From NCBI GenBank assembly GCA_047495785.1, contig JBLDXI010000013.1, positions 2,480,001 through 2,544,000 on the forward strand: 64,000 nucleotides of DNA, in the 5' to 3' direction. The notes beneath the pieces are model-generated. The model did not search any database. It worked only from the letters and a program-made list of their open reading frames with translations, and was not told where the DNA came from. The translations under genes and the position numbers were made by a program. Shown piece by piece: positions 49,493 through 62,446 of the stretch (position 1 is its first letter; every line of letters begins with the position of its first letter). Source of the DNA: Lepidodermella squamata. Taxonomy: Eukaryota > Animalia > Gastrotricha.

Positions 49493-51540
49493 ATGGCGGC
49501 GATGGTTGACAGACGGCAGTGCGCGGTATGCCTAAAAATTTTGAAATTTCACTGAGTGATTTTTCGAGTCTATTAGGTGTGTCATCGTGATCTTACAGAG
49601 GAGGACAGCGATCATGCGATCAACCTTGTGGTTGACACATCAGCCAGCTCTTCAAATTCGAAGACATCGGAAGAAACGTATTCGCAAATAGTCTGCACGC
49701 CGTGCAAGGTGAGAATCATTTTTTTCATGTCTCCCTATTCTAAAACTGTAATACCAACGAAATAGAAATTTTACGATCGGATAAAATTTACGGATAGAGA
49801 ATTGCCGGCAGAATCGAGTCAATGTGACCACACCGGGACAATCGATGGGTGTGAAAGTTGCCGGGCTCAGCTTTGCCACCGCTTTCTGTCAGAAATCGCG
49901 TGTCACAAGCCACCGCCAGCTGCTCCGAGAACCCTGCCCGTTAACGTTGATCAGGGAACTGTGAATGTTAGCGTCAAGTTGCTCCCATGCGAGGTCTGCG
50001 GGGCATCGAGCAGTGGGTAAGATTTCCCAGGAATCTTCTACTTCGAATCCGACTGATGTTTTTACTGTTCAGGTATCATTTTGGTGCAATGACTTGCGAG
50101 GGCTGCAAGACATTTTATCGGCGAGCTGTTGGTCGTGGTTTAACTTGCTGTTTCTCGGCAAGAGCCGCCGAGGTTTTGACCCACCGGGAGAAGATTGAAA
50201 AGTGCAAGCATTGCCGTATGGAGGCTTGCATCAAACTTGGAATGTCCATTACACGATCGCGTCGAGGTCGCCCCTCGTCATCCTTCCGAGCTACCACGTC
50301 CCAATACGTCAAAAGCTTGTACGAAAGCAATAAACTGTTAGTCGAACCTCTTAGCAGGAAGGACGTTGCTTTACCGCAATACGCTGACGCGCCAACTTCG
50401 CCGTTTGAAGACAATTCAAACACCACAGCAACCCCAATTTCGCTCTCAGTCGATGCATCATGGAGCACCTCTGCGCCTGTTTTTCCCCAATCCCAGGCAG
50501 ATGACAGCCAACAACCGGTGAGCCTCAGCATTCAGCGGCCTAAAGTTCCTGTTAAAACTTCGGCTAGATCGCAAGATTTTCCATCGCCATCGGGCAGTAA
50601 TAAAGCTGAATCTATTTCAAGCAAATCTTTCTCTACTGAGGAAAGTCTTGCTCCGATGGAAACAGAATCAGCCAACGAGCGGGTTGAGACTGAGCGCCAT
50701 GTTGCAGACAAGTTGCGAAAATCAGCGATAAGTAACGCGGGACTGCCGATTGGGCGATCTGATCTTCACATAAGCATTGGAGCAGACATCAAGCATGTCC
50801 ATCGAATGGAAGCCAAAGAATTTCTCCTCGCTGTCAGTGATGCCGGGAAATACTTGCGGGGAATTCCCAATGCTCCCAGCGTTCGATTAACCGCGGACAT
50901 GTCACTTACTGCGATATGGCAAAACATCCTGCTTCATAACATTGAGCCTAATGTAATGGTTACCTCGGCGTTTGCAAGGAATCTGCCCGGTTTCAACGAG
51001 TTAACCCCGCGTGATCAGCAAAAGCTGTTCGCCTTCTCTTATTTCTCAATTCTTGTCGCGGTTTTAGGATACGAGTACGCTCAGCAGGATGAACCTAAAT
51101 ACATCAGTGCATTCGCTCTGAACGAAGTTCGTCCGCTACAAATTTTTCAAGCGAAATTCCAAGCCATAGCCGCCTTGACGCAGGAAAAAATTGCGGAAAC
51201 CGGTGCTAAATTGAGCCACTGGGGCCTGTCGTCTATGGAGCTATATCTGCTATGCGGCTCATTGTTTTTCAACCAAAATTTGGTAGGTTTGGAAGACCCG
51301 GCTTGCGTCGCCCGACTGGCGGATTGTTATCAGAAGGCATTCACGGAAGTTTGCCAATCACGCTTTTTCAGCGGGCTGGACGATATCAACCTGTACGATA
51401 TGACCTCGTTCTTCAAAAGATCGATAGCACCTGATTTTCTTTCCCTGACACAATGGCTGGCGACACATTTCCCTGAGCTAGTGAACATTGGTTGTTATTG
51501 GTCTGATATAAGCCAAGTCCTGATGAGTTTGATAACGTAA
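49493..51540 (+). CDS. Nuclear hormone receptor with two tandem DNA-binding domains and a ligand-binding domain (exons 49493-49525, 49577-49708, 49766-50016, 50073-51540)
   Basis: Introns of 51, 57 and 56 nt give one frame: CA|VC...CTPCK|KFYDRI...CESCRAQLC (DBD1); CEVCGASSSG|YHFGAMTCEGCKTFYRR...CKHCRMEACIKLGM (DBD2); LBD signature FARNLPGFNELTPRDQ. Confidence 0.85.
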
Positions 51541-51829
51541 AGAATTAGCATCCGCTCGGCGCACTCATTATAATATGCTCGTTGCCAATTGCAAATGTGC
51601 TATTCTTACGTGTTTAAGGGTCCTTTATTTATGCAAAATAACTGTTCCTCTCATCCCTTTGTTCTCATAGACTCATATAGACATGCTTCGCGCGTCTGCT
51701 TGTGCTTTTCGGGAATCTGTTATACGTTGATTGCATCAACGGCTTGAATAAAAGATTTTACTCCTGGGGACATCCATTAGTGTTTTCACTACGAAGTGCA
51801 TTAGCGTCTCGTGTTTGTCTAAAGCCAGG

Positions 51830-53640
51830 TTAAGATTTGAATAGCAAACGGCGCTTCAACTCCATTTTGATAGCGTTCCGATCTACATTTCCGCGCTGCA
51901 ACATGCTGAAGTTCTCCTGAGCCCTCCTCGCCAGAAAAGGCAACGCAGCCGACAGCGTGCCATACGCAACAGATTGATACACAAAGTAGCCGTGACTTGC
52001 CAACCATTCCGATATGTAGTCCGTAAACCCCCAAGTTTGGCCGAACATTGCCACATCGGGGCGCTCGCGATACAGCTTTTCATGCTTATTCAAAGCTTGG
52101 CTTATAGTCGCCCAATTATGTGTTGCGGTGATTATTGCTCCGGAATCTGTCGAGTTGAAGCTGTCCAACATTTTCAGCAGAATTTTGTCGTAGTTTTTAT
52201 TGGTCCCTTCGTAATTTTCCCAAACAGGCGAAGGCTGTCCGTTTGCTGTAGCCATGGCTCTTTCACTGTCCATGTAAGCTCCTCGAACCAGCTTCAGAGC
52301 GAATTTTGCACCATTTTCCTGGCAGAACTTCAAATCACAATCTGCCCGCCCTTCGGTTTTCTGATTTTAAAAAACAGGAGTAAGTAGCCAAATTAATGGG
52401 TAGATGACTAAACCGTCAAGTAGGCTTGATATGTTCCAAAAATCCAAGCTTTTTGCTTATTGGCGTGTTGCATCATACCAACAGCTAGCATCTATTGACG
52501 AAAACGAAGTTCCGAATGCCTTGGGTTTTTTTAGATAAGGTGATACCAAAATTGCAGGATTCATGCAGTCGAGCTCCCCATCGACAAAAAGCCGAACTTT
52601 GTTTTGCTCTACTACCTGAAATGATTCACTCATCAGTAATCTTCTCCGGCAATGAAATTAAGGTTACTTTTGCCACTTTGCCAAGCGCTTTTAAAGCGCC
52701 GCAGAACTCGCTGATATCAGAAGGCGGTAAAGCTCCAAGTTTAGCCTGGAAAAGCAATTATGGGTCGTTAAAACACGCCCTGAAAGCTTACCAAATGCTC
52801 GGAAAGTTGACGATCGGAATCAGGTGCTATCATGGATGATGAAACCAGTTTATACAATATCTCTTTCTCTTGTGGCTTAATTCTCTCCAGCGCTGATGTC
52901 AGGTGGACCAAAGCTACCGGCTGAAAATCGGCAGATAATATACTTATGAATCATATGAGAGAAGAGCTACCTTAACAAAAGCTGAAATCCGGAATTGACT
53001 AGCAGTTTCGTTCCCAATATCTCGAACCAAGTTGAGAAGTTCGACGAATTTTTCCGCGTTCAGATCGAACATAACCCTTATAAACAGGTAATAGAAGCAG
53101 TTTCTTTTTGAAAATGTTTGTGACTAGTTACTTTTCGTCCGTATCTAGGCCCGTCTCGTCCACCATTAGCAGCATCATATGAAGGCCTTTAGTCTTCATT
53201 GCCGCGGCTGTTTTGCGAATGCTATCAGGGTTTTCGCCGCAAACGAATTGGTTGTAGAAGGTGTGTCGCATCAATGCATCAAATAACTTATTTCCAATGA
53301 TTTTCGGACCAGATTTAATCAGCTAGAAGAATTCAGCTAACGGCTGTTGGTGGGAAAATTTAGGGAAATTACTGTTTCACTGTTTTTGGCGATATATTTC
53401 TGCGAAGAGGCCTTCAATATCGCGTAAGATCGCAACAATTCCGCTGTGCTTTTCTAGATTAGATCGGAAAATAGGCAGTTATCGGATTCTCGAGATCATT
53501 CAAACCTTTGAGAATGAACTCAGCCGCTTCTCCATGGAAATATCTGGGCTAACTTGAACTTGAGTAGCCAAGCAAGCTTTCCGCAAAGCTCCATTCGAGG
53601 AGCGAACAGTCAGCCTGAGAGCAGTTGATGTGAATAACAT
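51830..53640 (-). CDS. Mitochondrial proline/hydroxyproline dehydrogenase (PRODH2-like), multi-exon
   Basis: Mitochondrial-type presequence MLFTSTALRLTVRSS, SK|KSTAELLRSY, RLFVDGE, KLVRGAYM, ATHN, FGQ..G..D, RRAQEN. Confidence 0.9.
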
Positions 53641-54395
53641 TTTCCCCGCAAACAAATGAAGTCCTAAATTGTTATTTCAACTCTCACCTTCAATTCAGCC
53701 GCAACTCACGCTATCATTTTACGTTTCGGGAGAAGTAAGCAGACCGTGAAGCTGTTTTCCCGCTGAAATTTATGCACTGGTTTGGTTGTAATTTTTAGCT
53801 TTTTGGTCTCGGGAGGCCCATCTCAATGCCTGTCAAAAACGTTAATCAGGCCACCTGAACCAGCAACAAAAGGCTCGTCCCTTTTGGGACTTCACCTCCA
53901 TCCAACAATAGCCCGATATTGCGATAGATTTGTTTCCTTTATTCTCGCTTTTTCTTATAAAAATGATGGCGCATTTTAATACAGGTTACCTTTTTTCATC
54001 TCACAAAAGCCAGGCACAATAGAAACAATAATGGTCAGTATATTATGCGAAAAACAAACCGCCTTGGCCCTCGCGAGTGCACCTTGTTGGCGTTAAAAAT
54101 ATGCAATAATAATACAGTAAAAACGTTAAAGCATAACTTTATACGAGAGAGGCTGCAAAATGGAAATACGCACGTTTAGAGAGATTGCAAATACATAGAT
54201 GAAGTAGGTCAAACGGCAAAGACTTAAAGCAAACAATGACAACAGTTTAAAAGTAACACCTGAACGTTTCTCACAATCAAATATTACGCACGGGTTCAAA
54301 TTGTAACTGGAGTGTGGAAGCTGCAGTAATAAAAATAATACGCCGCTAAAATATTTAAACTTCTCAAACAAAATAACGCGATTGTCTTCATAGAT

Positions 54396-55366
54396 TTACG
54401 ACGACGAGACTTGCTTGTACTGAGGCTGAGAAATGTGAGACAGTTCGACTTCTTCCTTCGAGGCGACGGCCGAGCGTTTTCGAGTCGTGTCCTCGGTTCC
54501 GGTTGTGTAACTTCGGGAGGGTGAAGATCCTGACGTTAAAGGCACAGTTTCGGCTTCTTCTTTCCCTGAATAGCGTTTCTCATAAACGATATAATCACGA
54601 AGCAACAGCCCAGCAGCACCGAGGAACAAAACGAATGCAATCACGCAAAGAATAATTATTTCCTAAAAAAAATTAATAAAAATCTGTAATTCAGCCTTAA
54701 AATTTGACAAACCTTAGTATAATGATCCGGGACGTAGATAAAAAATCGCCAAGTGTGCATGTTCGTTCCGTTACCGCAGGCGTAAGTTATTCCCGAATGG
54801 CTCATGTTGAGATTGAGGATGATCAAATTCTGAGATTCAACGTCGGTTGTGATATCCGTGTAATAGGCTGCATCGCCCGATGATTTCGGCAGTTTCAAGG
54901 CAACGAAATTCGAGCTGTTACAAGAATCTGATGTGCATTTAAACCATGAGTAAGTCGACATATCGCCGTCATCAAGGCGACCAGCACAGTCTAGCACGAC
55001 ATCGATGCCCTGTTGAACGATGACCGAAGTTTGAGAAATCGAGATATTAGGGAAACCTTCTTGAGCGTCTTCTGGAATAATGCCAACCGAGTCCAGAAAA
55101 TAGCACGTTCGGTTTGTGTACTGTGCAGGGTCGACTGCTGCTTGTGAATTGATGTAAACTGACGGTTTCAGTGGGTAACAATCATCTTTGTGGGGTCTCA
55201 GCGCATCGACAACATATAAGTTTGAGCCAGTTGCACCGATATCGTAATCAGGGTTGTCTCTCAACGCAGCTAATGGAACACCAGTCAAACTTGATCCTCC
55301 TTCTTGAGCGAAGACGATGCACTTCAGGAGAAAAGCTGAGCACAAGACAACGAGGACGTTGTTCAT
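54396..55366 (-). CDS. Type I membrane protein with one Ig domain (exons 55366-54713, 54662-54396)
   Basis: Signal peptide MNNVLVVLCSAFLLKCIVFA; Ig motif VVLDC...YSWFK...LIILNL...GITYAC; TM IIILCVIAFVLFLGAAGLLL; YEKR juxtamembrane. Confidence 0.8.
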
Positions 55367-55567
55367 TCCAGTAATAAGAGATCTAAACAATTAAAAGCGC
55401 AAATGTTTGAAGGCAAGAAATAATTCATTTGATGAATACATATAAATAAAATAATAAAACCAGCAAATATTAGTCTAAACAAATCAAAACTCGAGAATCG
55501 ATAGCGTCTTGGTCCAACCACAGCAATTATTCTCAAATAAATTTACTCGCTAAAATAAATTCGATTC

Positions 55568-56164
55568 TCAAATGATAACAACAGGTGATAGCCGAGAACA
55601 TACGTTAGATGAGTATACAGCTCTAACTGCTAGATGGTAGCACCCGTCTGGTTTAACAGGAGCAAGGGTAGCGCCCATATTACCGTTATCTACAGGCGTC
55701 ACGGAAGCAATACGATGCCATCTGGACTTGATACACTGCTGTTTAGCTGGAGATTTGTTGAATGGTACAAATAATGCATAAATTTCGAACTGTTTAAGCA
55801 TCGGCTTTTTGCATGATGCAAGCCCTGGCACGCCCCATAGAATATAAATGGCATGCGAATGGTCTTGGAAAATTCTTTCGCCCAGAGTTATCAGAGGTAC
55901 TGGCAGTTTCGGATTGATAGCACCCGGAGGCTCGATATTGGCTAATGAAGTAGATGAAGATGATGAAGGACTATTTTGTATTGGATTCTTGGCAGCTTTG
56001 TACTTTGTGACAGCGGCTTTTAGTCTGGCCATATTCAAAGACAAATCCCTACTTGCTTGAGCGGCGGGAGTTTGACTGAGAAATTCGTCGCAGCATGTGG
56101 CAGAAAAACTTGATATTACGCATGGAAGTTTCTCCGGGGTGATAGTGAATGCCACCCGCCGCAT
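55568..56164 (-). CDS. Small protein consisting essentially of an ATF7IP/MCAF/Windei-type C-terminal FN3 domain
   Basis: IYILW..FEIYA..WHRIASV..MGATL..YHLAVRA parallels ATF7IP GIVLSW..YHLYA..WKKIGEV..MACTL..YYFAVRA. The start is uncertain; ATG 56164 follows a splice acceptor. Confidence 0.7.
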   Translation of the reverse strand: MRRVAFTITPEKLPCVISSFSATCCDEFLSQTPAAQASRDLSLNMARLKAAVTKYKAAKNPIQNSPSSSSSTSLANIEPPGAINPKLPVPLITLGERIFQDHSHAIYILWGVPGLASCKKPMLKQFEIYALFVPFNKSPAKQQCIKSRWHRIASVTPVDNGNMGATLAPVKPDGCYHLAVRAVYSSNVCSRLSPVVII

Positions 56165-57529
56165 ACAAAAACCTAACAAACAACCTAAAGGAATAGAGGA
56201 ATTATGCAAATTATCATTTCAGGATGATGGCTGTTCATAGCAATTCAATCGCATTACTCCACACTTAGAAACAACAAAATCATACAAAACCAACCCAAAG
56301 AGCTTGGCTTCAACCACGATTCAAAACATCTGCTAACCTCAATTCCAAATCAGTATTTAAGTAGTCAACCTAGGTATTGAGATAAGATTAAGGAACACTA
56401 TAGGCAGAATAGGAGATCACCGATTACGCTGAACGCTGAAAAGTAGGGATCGCAAAAAGTGAAAGATTACAGGTAGGAAAGACACGGAAGATGGTTTCAA
56501 GATCTGCAAACAGCCAAATAGGGGAAATCGTTAACAACAAAGTAAATTATAAATAGGTACCTACATCAATAAGAATTTCCTGGTCTTGGGCCTAACCTGA
56601 TCTGATCTACAGTAAAATATTCGGATACTATATTTGGCATCTATACTTTGTATTTGGTAGTTGGCATCGCTACTCGCGCGTAGGAATAGGCAGTGTGGCT
56701 GTTCATCCGGTTTTTATCTGCGCTGTTTGATCTCTAGATAGCGTAATGTTTAGAAAAAACTCCACCCCATGTATAACCATTTCTACCTGTCACCTGTCAC
56801 CCGTCACCTTCCAAGCAGCCGACAAGCTATTCGAGTCGACCTTCTTGGCACATCTGAAATCACTCTCACAACCCGATGCGACCCACCATTTCAGAATTAA
56901 ACAAATAAAAAATTATAATTGCACGTCTTGGTTGTTGCTTTTGCTAAAAATTTTACAATTATTTTTAGGTATTTGTATTACATTATAGTTCATAAGCAAA
57001 TGAAGCAAGCAGGATTCTTATACTTAAATGTGTGTTGCCTTCTTTTTGGCTCGGCGTCGAGATTCCAAGTCCCGAGAGTGCCGGTCACACTTGAATGCAC
57101 GAAGTGCTCATGACGCATCAAACGCCTTGGGATGTTTTGCTTAATGCTTCAGGCGAGGTTACAGCGTTGATTTTGCTACCTTTTTGGAGCCTGCTTTGCG
57201 ACTTCCGGTCTTATTAAGCTTTACTAAAAGAGCAATTATCAAACACCAAACGTCCGACACCCGACACCCCACACCTCATATTAATCGGCTTACAACTTAC
57301 AACCCATAACTAAAGCTGCAAAGTTTCGCATCCGCGCTCACATCATTTTTAGCCATGTCTAATGTTCATCAGTTCATAATATATTTAGTCTCACCACTTA
57401 ACACTAACCCGCTAAACACGTCCGTTGTTAAACTCAATATGGAAATTATAAAGTTTCATTCTCACCAAATTGATACTTCGAACCAGAGCCAATTGTTTGC
57501 CTTGGTTTTTAGTAGGGTATTTTCACACT

Positions 57530-59827
57530 ATGGTAACTTCCGACGAGGGTGATTTAGTTCGAATAAAAGCTATTTTCAATGGGTAAGTAAAAAACTGGTT
57601 TAGTTTATTGTGTTAATATTTGAAATTCTCTCAGGGAAGCGAGGATAACTTACACCAACAGACATATCGATTTCGAAAGCTTTGAAAAGGAGCTTAAGTC
57701 AATTTGTCTACTTGAACCGGACAATCCAGTTACCGTGAAATGGGTTGACGAAGAAGGTTTGTTGCAAGCAATATCAGCATTAGTGAATGATTATGTTTGA
57801 ATTTTAGGCGACCCTTGCACTATATCGAGCGAAATGGAGCTATCAGAGTGTTTCCGGTTGTATGAAGTGAATAAGGATAGCCAAGTTGTAATGTACGTTT
57901 TTCCGAGCCATCCGGCGAGGCCGGGGTTGCCTTGTAAAGGCGAAGACCGCAGCATATATCGGCGAGGTGCGAGGCGCTGGCGGAAACTCTACCACGTCAA
58001 CGGTCATCTTTACCAAGCTAAACGATTTAGTAGGGTACGTCCTTTACACGTGTGTGATAACGTTAATTAAAAAACATGATTACTCGAAACTTGATAGGTC
58101 TTTACATTCCAGTCATCGGTAAATCAGATCACCTGCTTTTATCAAATTCATACACTCAATGCCTTAAATTCGCATAATTGTAATAAAACTAAATTAGATT
58201 TATATAATCACAAATAATGGTTGGAGAAACTACTAATGCCTATTTTGTGTTGTAAGGAATCAACTAATGACTTCTTTTTTCACCACTTCTATCGAACAGA
58301 AAGCTATTTGCTCATATTGCTCGGACTATATCTGGGGTCTGGGCCTCCAAGGCTTCAAATGTGTCAATTGTAAACGTATGGTACACAAGAGATGCCACAA
58401 GCTGTACAAAGATCCGTGCCGAACGAGGCAGATTTTATCAACACCCACTCCCCAGCAACCATCCACGGCTCAAACCGTAACAGCCGCTTCATTACCTACA
58501 CCAACGAAAGCAACGAGCCCAGGAAGCGCTGGTTCATCGCCATTATCAGAAGAAAATGCCGGGCCCGAGCAGGCTGTTCCGGTACCGGCTTCAGACAAAA
58601 AACCCGCTCCTAATACCGAGTTTTTGGCCGGGCAGCCGGAAGATGCGCCCCGTATGCTAGAAGATGGTGAAAAACGTCTTGAACAATTCGATTTGATTCG
58701 AGTGATCGGCCGTGGTTCTTACGCCAAAGTGATGATGGTTGAGCACAAGAAAACGAAGCGAATTTACGCGATGAAGGTTATCAAAAAGGAATTAGTCGCC
58801 GACGAAGAAGATATAGAATGGGTGCAAACGGAGAAGCACGTTTTTGAAATCGCGTCTAACCACCCGTTTTTAGTCGGGCTTCATTCTTGTTTCCAAACCA
58901 CCAGTCGGCTGTTTTTCATCATTGAATTTGTCAATGGCGGCGATCTGATGTTTCATATGCAACGACAACGAAGGCTGCCCGAAGACCACGCTCGTTTTTA
59001 CGCGGCTGAAATCGCCGTTGGATTGCATTTTCTGCACGCGCGTGGAATCATTTATCGCGATCTCAAACTCGACAACGTTTTGTTGGATGCTGATGGTCAC
59101 ATTAAATTAACCGATTACGGTATGTGCAAGGAAGGCCTGCATGAGGGCGACAAAACTTCGACCTTTTGTGGCACGCCGAATTATATCGCCCCGGAAATTC
59201 TGCGAGGTGAGGAGTACGATTACAGTGTCGATTGGTGGGCTCTCGGCGTGTTGCTATACGAAATGCTGGCTGGAAGATCGCCGTTCGATCTCGGAAATAT
59301 GGAAAATCCTGAAGCAAATAGTGAAGAATATCTTTTCCAAGGTTAGAAAGTTACCCATTCTTAAGAAGGACGTCCTTATTTTTCTTTCTTTTCTAGTTAT
59401 CCTTGAAAAAGTTATCCGTATTCCGCGCTCTCTGAGCGTTAAAGCTGCTCAAATTTTGAAAGGATTCCTTAATAAGAATCAATTCGAGCGTCTTGGATGC
59501 ACCCCGGAAGGATTCGCCGAAATTGTCAATCATCCATTCTTCAAGTCAATCGACTGGGACGCGCTGGAGAAGCGCCAAGTTCCTCCGCCTTACAAGCCTA
59601 ATATCAAATCTGATCGGGATTTAGACTTTTTCGATCCGCAATTTACGAACGAGCCGGTTGTTTTGACGCCTGATGATTCGTAAGTTGAAGATTTTTGCCT
59701 CAAATCGAATAATTCAGTGATTTTTTTATCGATTTACAGGAAAAAGATTGCGAATATTGATCAGACCGAATTCGATGGATTCGAGTACACCAATCCGTTT
59801 TTGATGACTCAGGAAGATTCTGTCTAA
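57530..59827 (+). CDS. aPKC: Atypical protein kinase C (iota/zeta type), 6 exons
   Basis: PB1 (VRIKA..KWVDEE|GDPCTIS), pseudosubstrate [13 protein letters not shown], single C1, GRGSYAKV kinase, FDGFEYTNP hydrophobic motif, PDZ-binding end EDSV. Confidence 0.96.
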
Positions 59828-60520
59828 AGTATACCTACAAAAAAGATCATGCAATGAAAGTCTCTTATTAGTATTGCTTGCTGGTTTTTTCGTTATTATT
59901 GTTACATGGAACGGTCGCTTGAAGCCTTCTTACCATAATTTGTTACTTTTCGTAATTTATTTCTGTGCTTTTTACAGCAATTACAGCAATACCCGTAAAT
60001 TTATTTGAGCTGATTTCATTTGTACAGTCAATCGAGAGATGCATGCTTTTTATCCAAATTTTTTTAGTTCAAGTTTTCTGTTGTTAGCATTTACAATTTA
60101 GAGGCATTGGGCGTTATTTAAAAAATGTTATACTTAACCTTGTCGGAAATACTGCGTGTTGTGAACAATCGTATGCATTCTGAAGCAAAAGAACTGAGTG
60201 CTGGAGATGAAAAATCACATCTTTCTACTATGTTGCAAAAACTTGCATGCACACCATTATTGTCTGGTGCCAATATCTATCTAATAATTGTTTTATACTA
60301 CTTATTACCGTCTTCCGTCTGCGAATTGAATACATACATCGGTTGAACTACGATGGGATCACACTGCTTGAAATTCACAGCTCGCATCTTTCTCAGTTTT
60401 AAGTGATACTATGCCTGCTAATTAAGCGTTGTTATACCCGAAAAAAGGCGAAAAATAAAAGAAACTTACAGCTTATTATCGGAAAATTAACTCGGAGTGT
60501 CTTTTTAGTTGCTAAAAAAT

Positions 60521-62380
60521 ATGGAAGAAAAAGAAGTTCGGGAAGTTTTGGATAGGCTGGTTGCAGCTGCGGCGGCAGGTGCAAATGACTGGGCTTCCTA
60601 CCAGTGGCAGAATGACTGTAATTCAGTCCCATCCGATTCGACGAGTTGCGAAATCGACCCAAATCGCGACGATTCTTCCTATCACTGGTCGTCGAGTTCG
60701 TGCGAAAGTAGTGAAGAATCTGACCTGGAGATTGCTAGTGGGAGTGCGGCCGCGAAGTTGGGCCGCTGGAAAAAAGTGAAAAGCTCACCTATGAAAGTTA
60801 CCCCAGCTGCTCCAGTTATCGAGTCGAAGCCAGCCGATTGGCAGAGTCTAGCTAATTGGTATGTAAGGATATAATAATAAAATATATTTGGTCTTGGAAA
60901 ATTCAATTTCTAGGACTTACTCCTTGACCGAGCCGCTTCTAGTTGGAAAATCGACAACCGAATTCAACGATAGGGATACGTACTTGAAAGGCGTGAAATG
61001 GGCTCCTGATGGGTCTTGTTGGCTAGCGGCTGCCAACGATAACTCTCTTCGGATTTACAACTTACCCGAATTTTATTGCCGCTCGGAAATGGCGATTTCA
61101 TCCTATTCAGACGAATTTGTATGTTCAACTGGTTTTTTTTGCATTCCTGTTAATTTTGGACAGAATTTGGGGAAATTACTTGGAATATATTTCCAATTGA
61201 GTCTTTTTTCTAGAAACCTGAGGTGAAAGTGAACGAGGGCGATTGCATTTACGATTATTGTTGGTACCCATTCATGGACTCAAGTCAGCCGCATACTTGC
61301 TAGTGAGCAATTTCTAAATTTGCGAAAAATAATTGAATTTTTTTTTAGCTTTTTCTCGACATCGAAAGATCACCCAATTCACTTGCGAGATGCTTTTACC
61401 GGCCAACTGGCTGCGTCCTATATCGCTCGAAATCACGTCGATGTTCTCATCGCGCCTTTTGCTATTCATTGTTGCAAAGTCGACGGGAAAAAGCTTTACG
61501 CTGGCTACAATAGACAAATTAGAGTTTTCGACCTGGAAAGGCCTGGAGCTAATTGTCAATTGATGAAAAGTACCGTGGGTAATTTTTCTTTTACTCTCTT
61601 TTTTGGATTTTTTTTGAATTTTTGAATATGCAGAGCGAGACTTTGGTGGCATGGGTCAAACTGGGTTGATTTCATGTTTTGCTCAGGAGCCAACGGGTGG
61701 AAATTTGTTAGCGGCCGGTTGCTACGACAAATCAAGTAAAAAATTTCAAATTTAAGGAGGATTTTCAATTTTTTTTCAATTTTTTCAAAGTTGGCTTATA
61801 CAGTACGAATCAAATGATGCAGTTCAGCGTTATGGCGGCTCATCGAGCTGGTGTAACGCAGCTGGCATTCGGCCACAACGGCACATATTTGTACTCTGGA
61901 GCTAGGAAAGACGGCGATATACTATGCTGGGACGTCAGAAGGCCGGGCCTAGTGGTTGCCGCTTACCGCCGAGTTGTCACTACAAACCAAAGAATCCAAT
62001 TCGACATCACTGCGAACGGCAAATATCTAGTCTCCGGCGGATCTGATGGTCAGATATCGTTTTTCGATCTGACTGCTGCGATTTCAAGCTCATCAACCGA
62101 TAAGAAGGGCGTTCCGACTGTAGAACCAGTTTTCAGTTTTAACCCTCATACAGACTGTGCTAATGGCATTAGCCTCCACCCGTCTTTACCGCTAATGTTG
62201 ACGTCATCCGGCCAACGGTGGTTCGACATGAAACGGCTGATTTCGGGCAGTGATGATGATTCATCAGATTCCGATTACGACACGGAATTTTCAATACCTC
62301 GAACCTCGGATTATAAAGCAAAAATTAGCCCGGAAAATTCTTTGAAGTTGTGGCAGTTTGAGGCGATTTCGCTTTCGTAA
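60521..62380 (+). CDS. WRAP53: Telomerase Cajal body protein 1 (WD40), multi-exon
   Basis: YLKGVKWAPDGSC..DNSLRIYNLP, IYDYCWYP, HPIHLRDAFTG..ASY, LYSGARKD..ILCWDVR, TNQRIQFD, NGISLHP..SSGQR. Confidence 0.92.
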
Positions 62381-62446
62381 ATTCTGTGTTTTTTCGGCTC
62401 AATTTATTTTTACTTTTTTGTTATATTTTTTGATGAAGAAAATAAA

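Noticed and set aside
54560-54662. Calling the single-Ig protein basigin/neuroplastin because of EIIILCVI and YEKR
   Set aside because: The Glu is outside the TM segment, spacing to YEKR is wrong and the LWPFLG motif is absent
58098-58112. Minus strand reads TGGAATGTAAAGA, the first 13 nt of miR-1, in an aPKC intron
   Set aside because: The 3' half diverges from miR-1 and the flanks do not form a pre-miRNA hairpin pairing this arm
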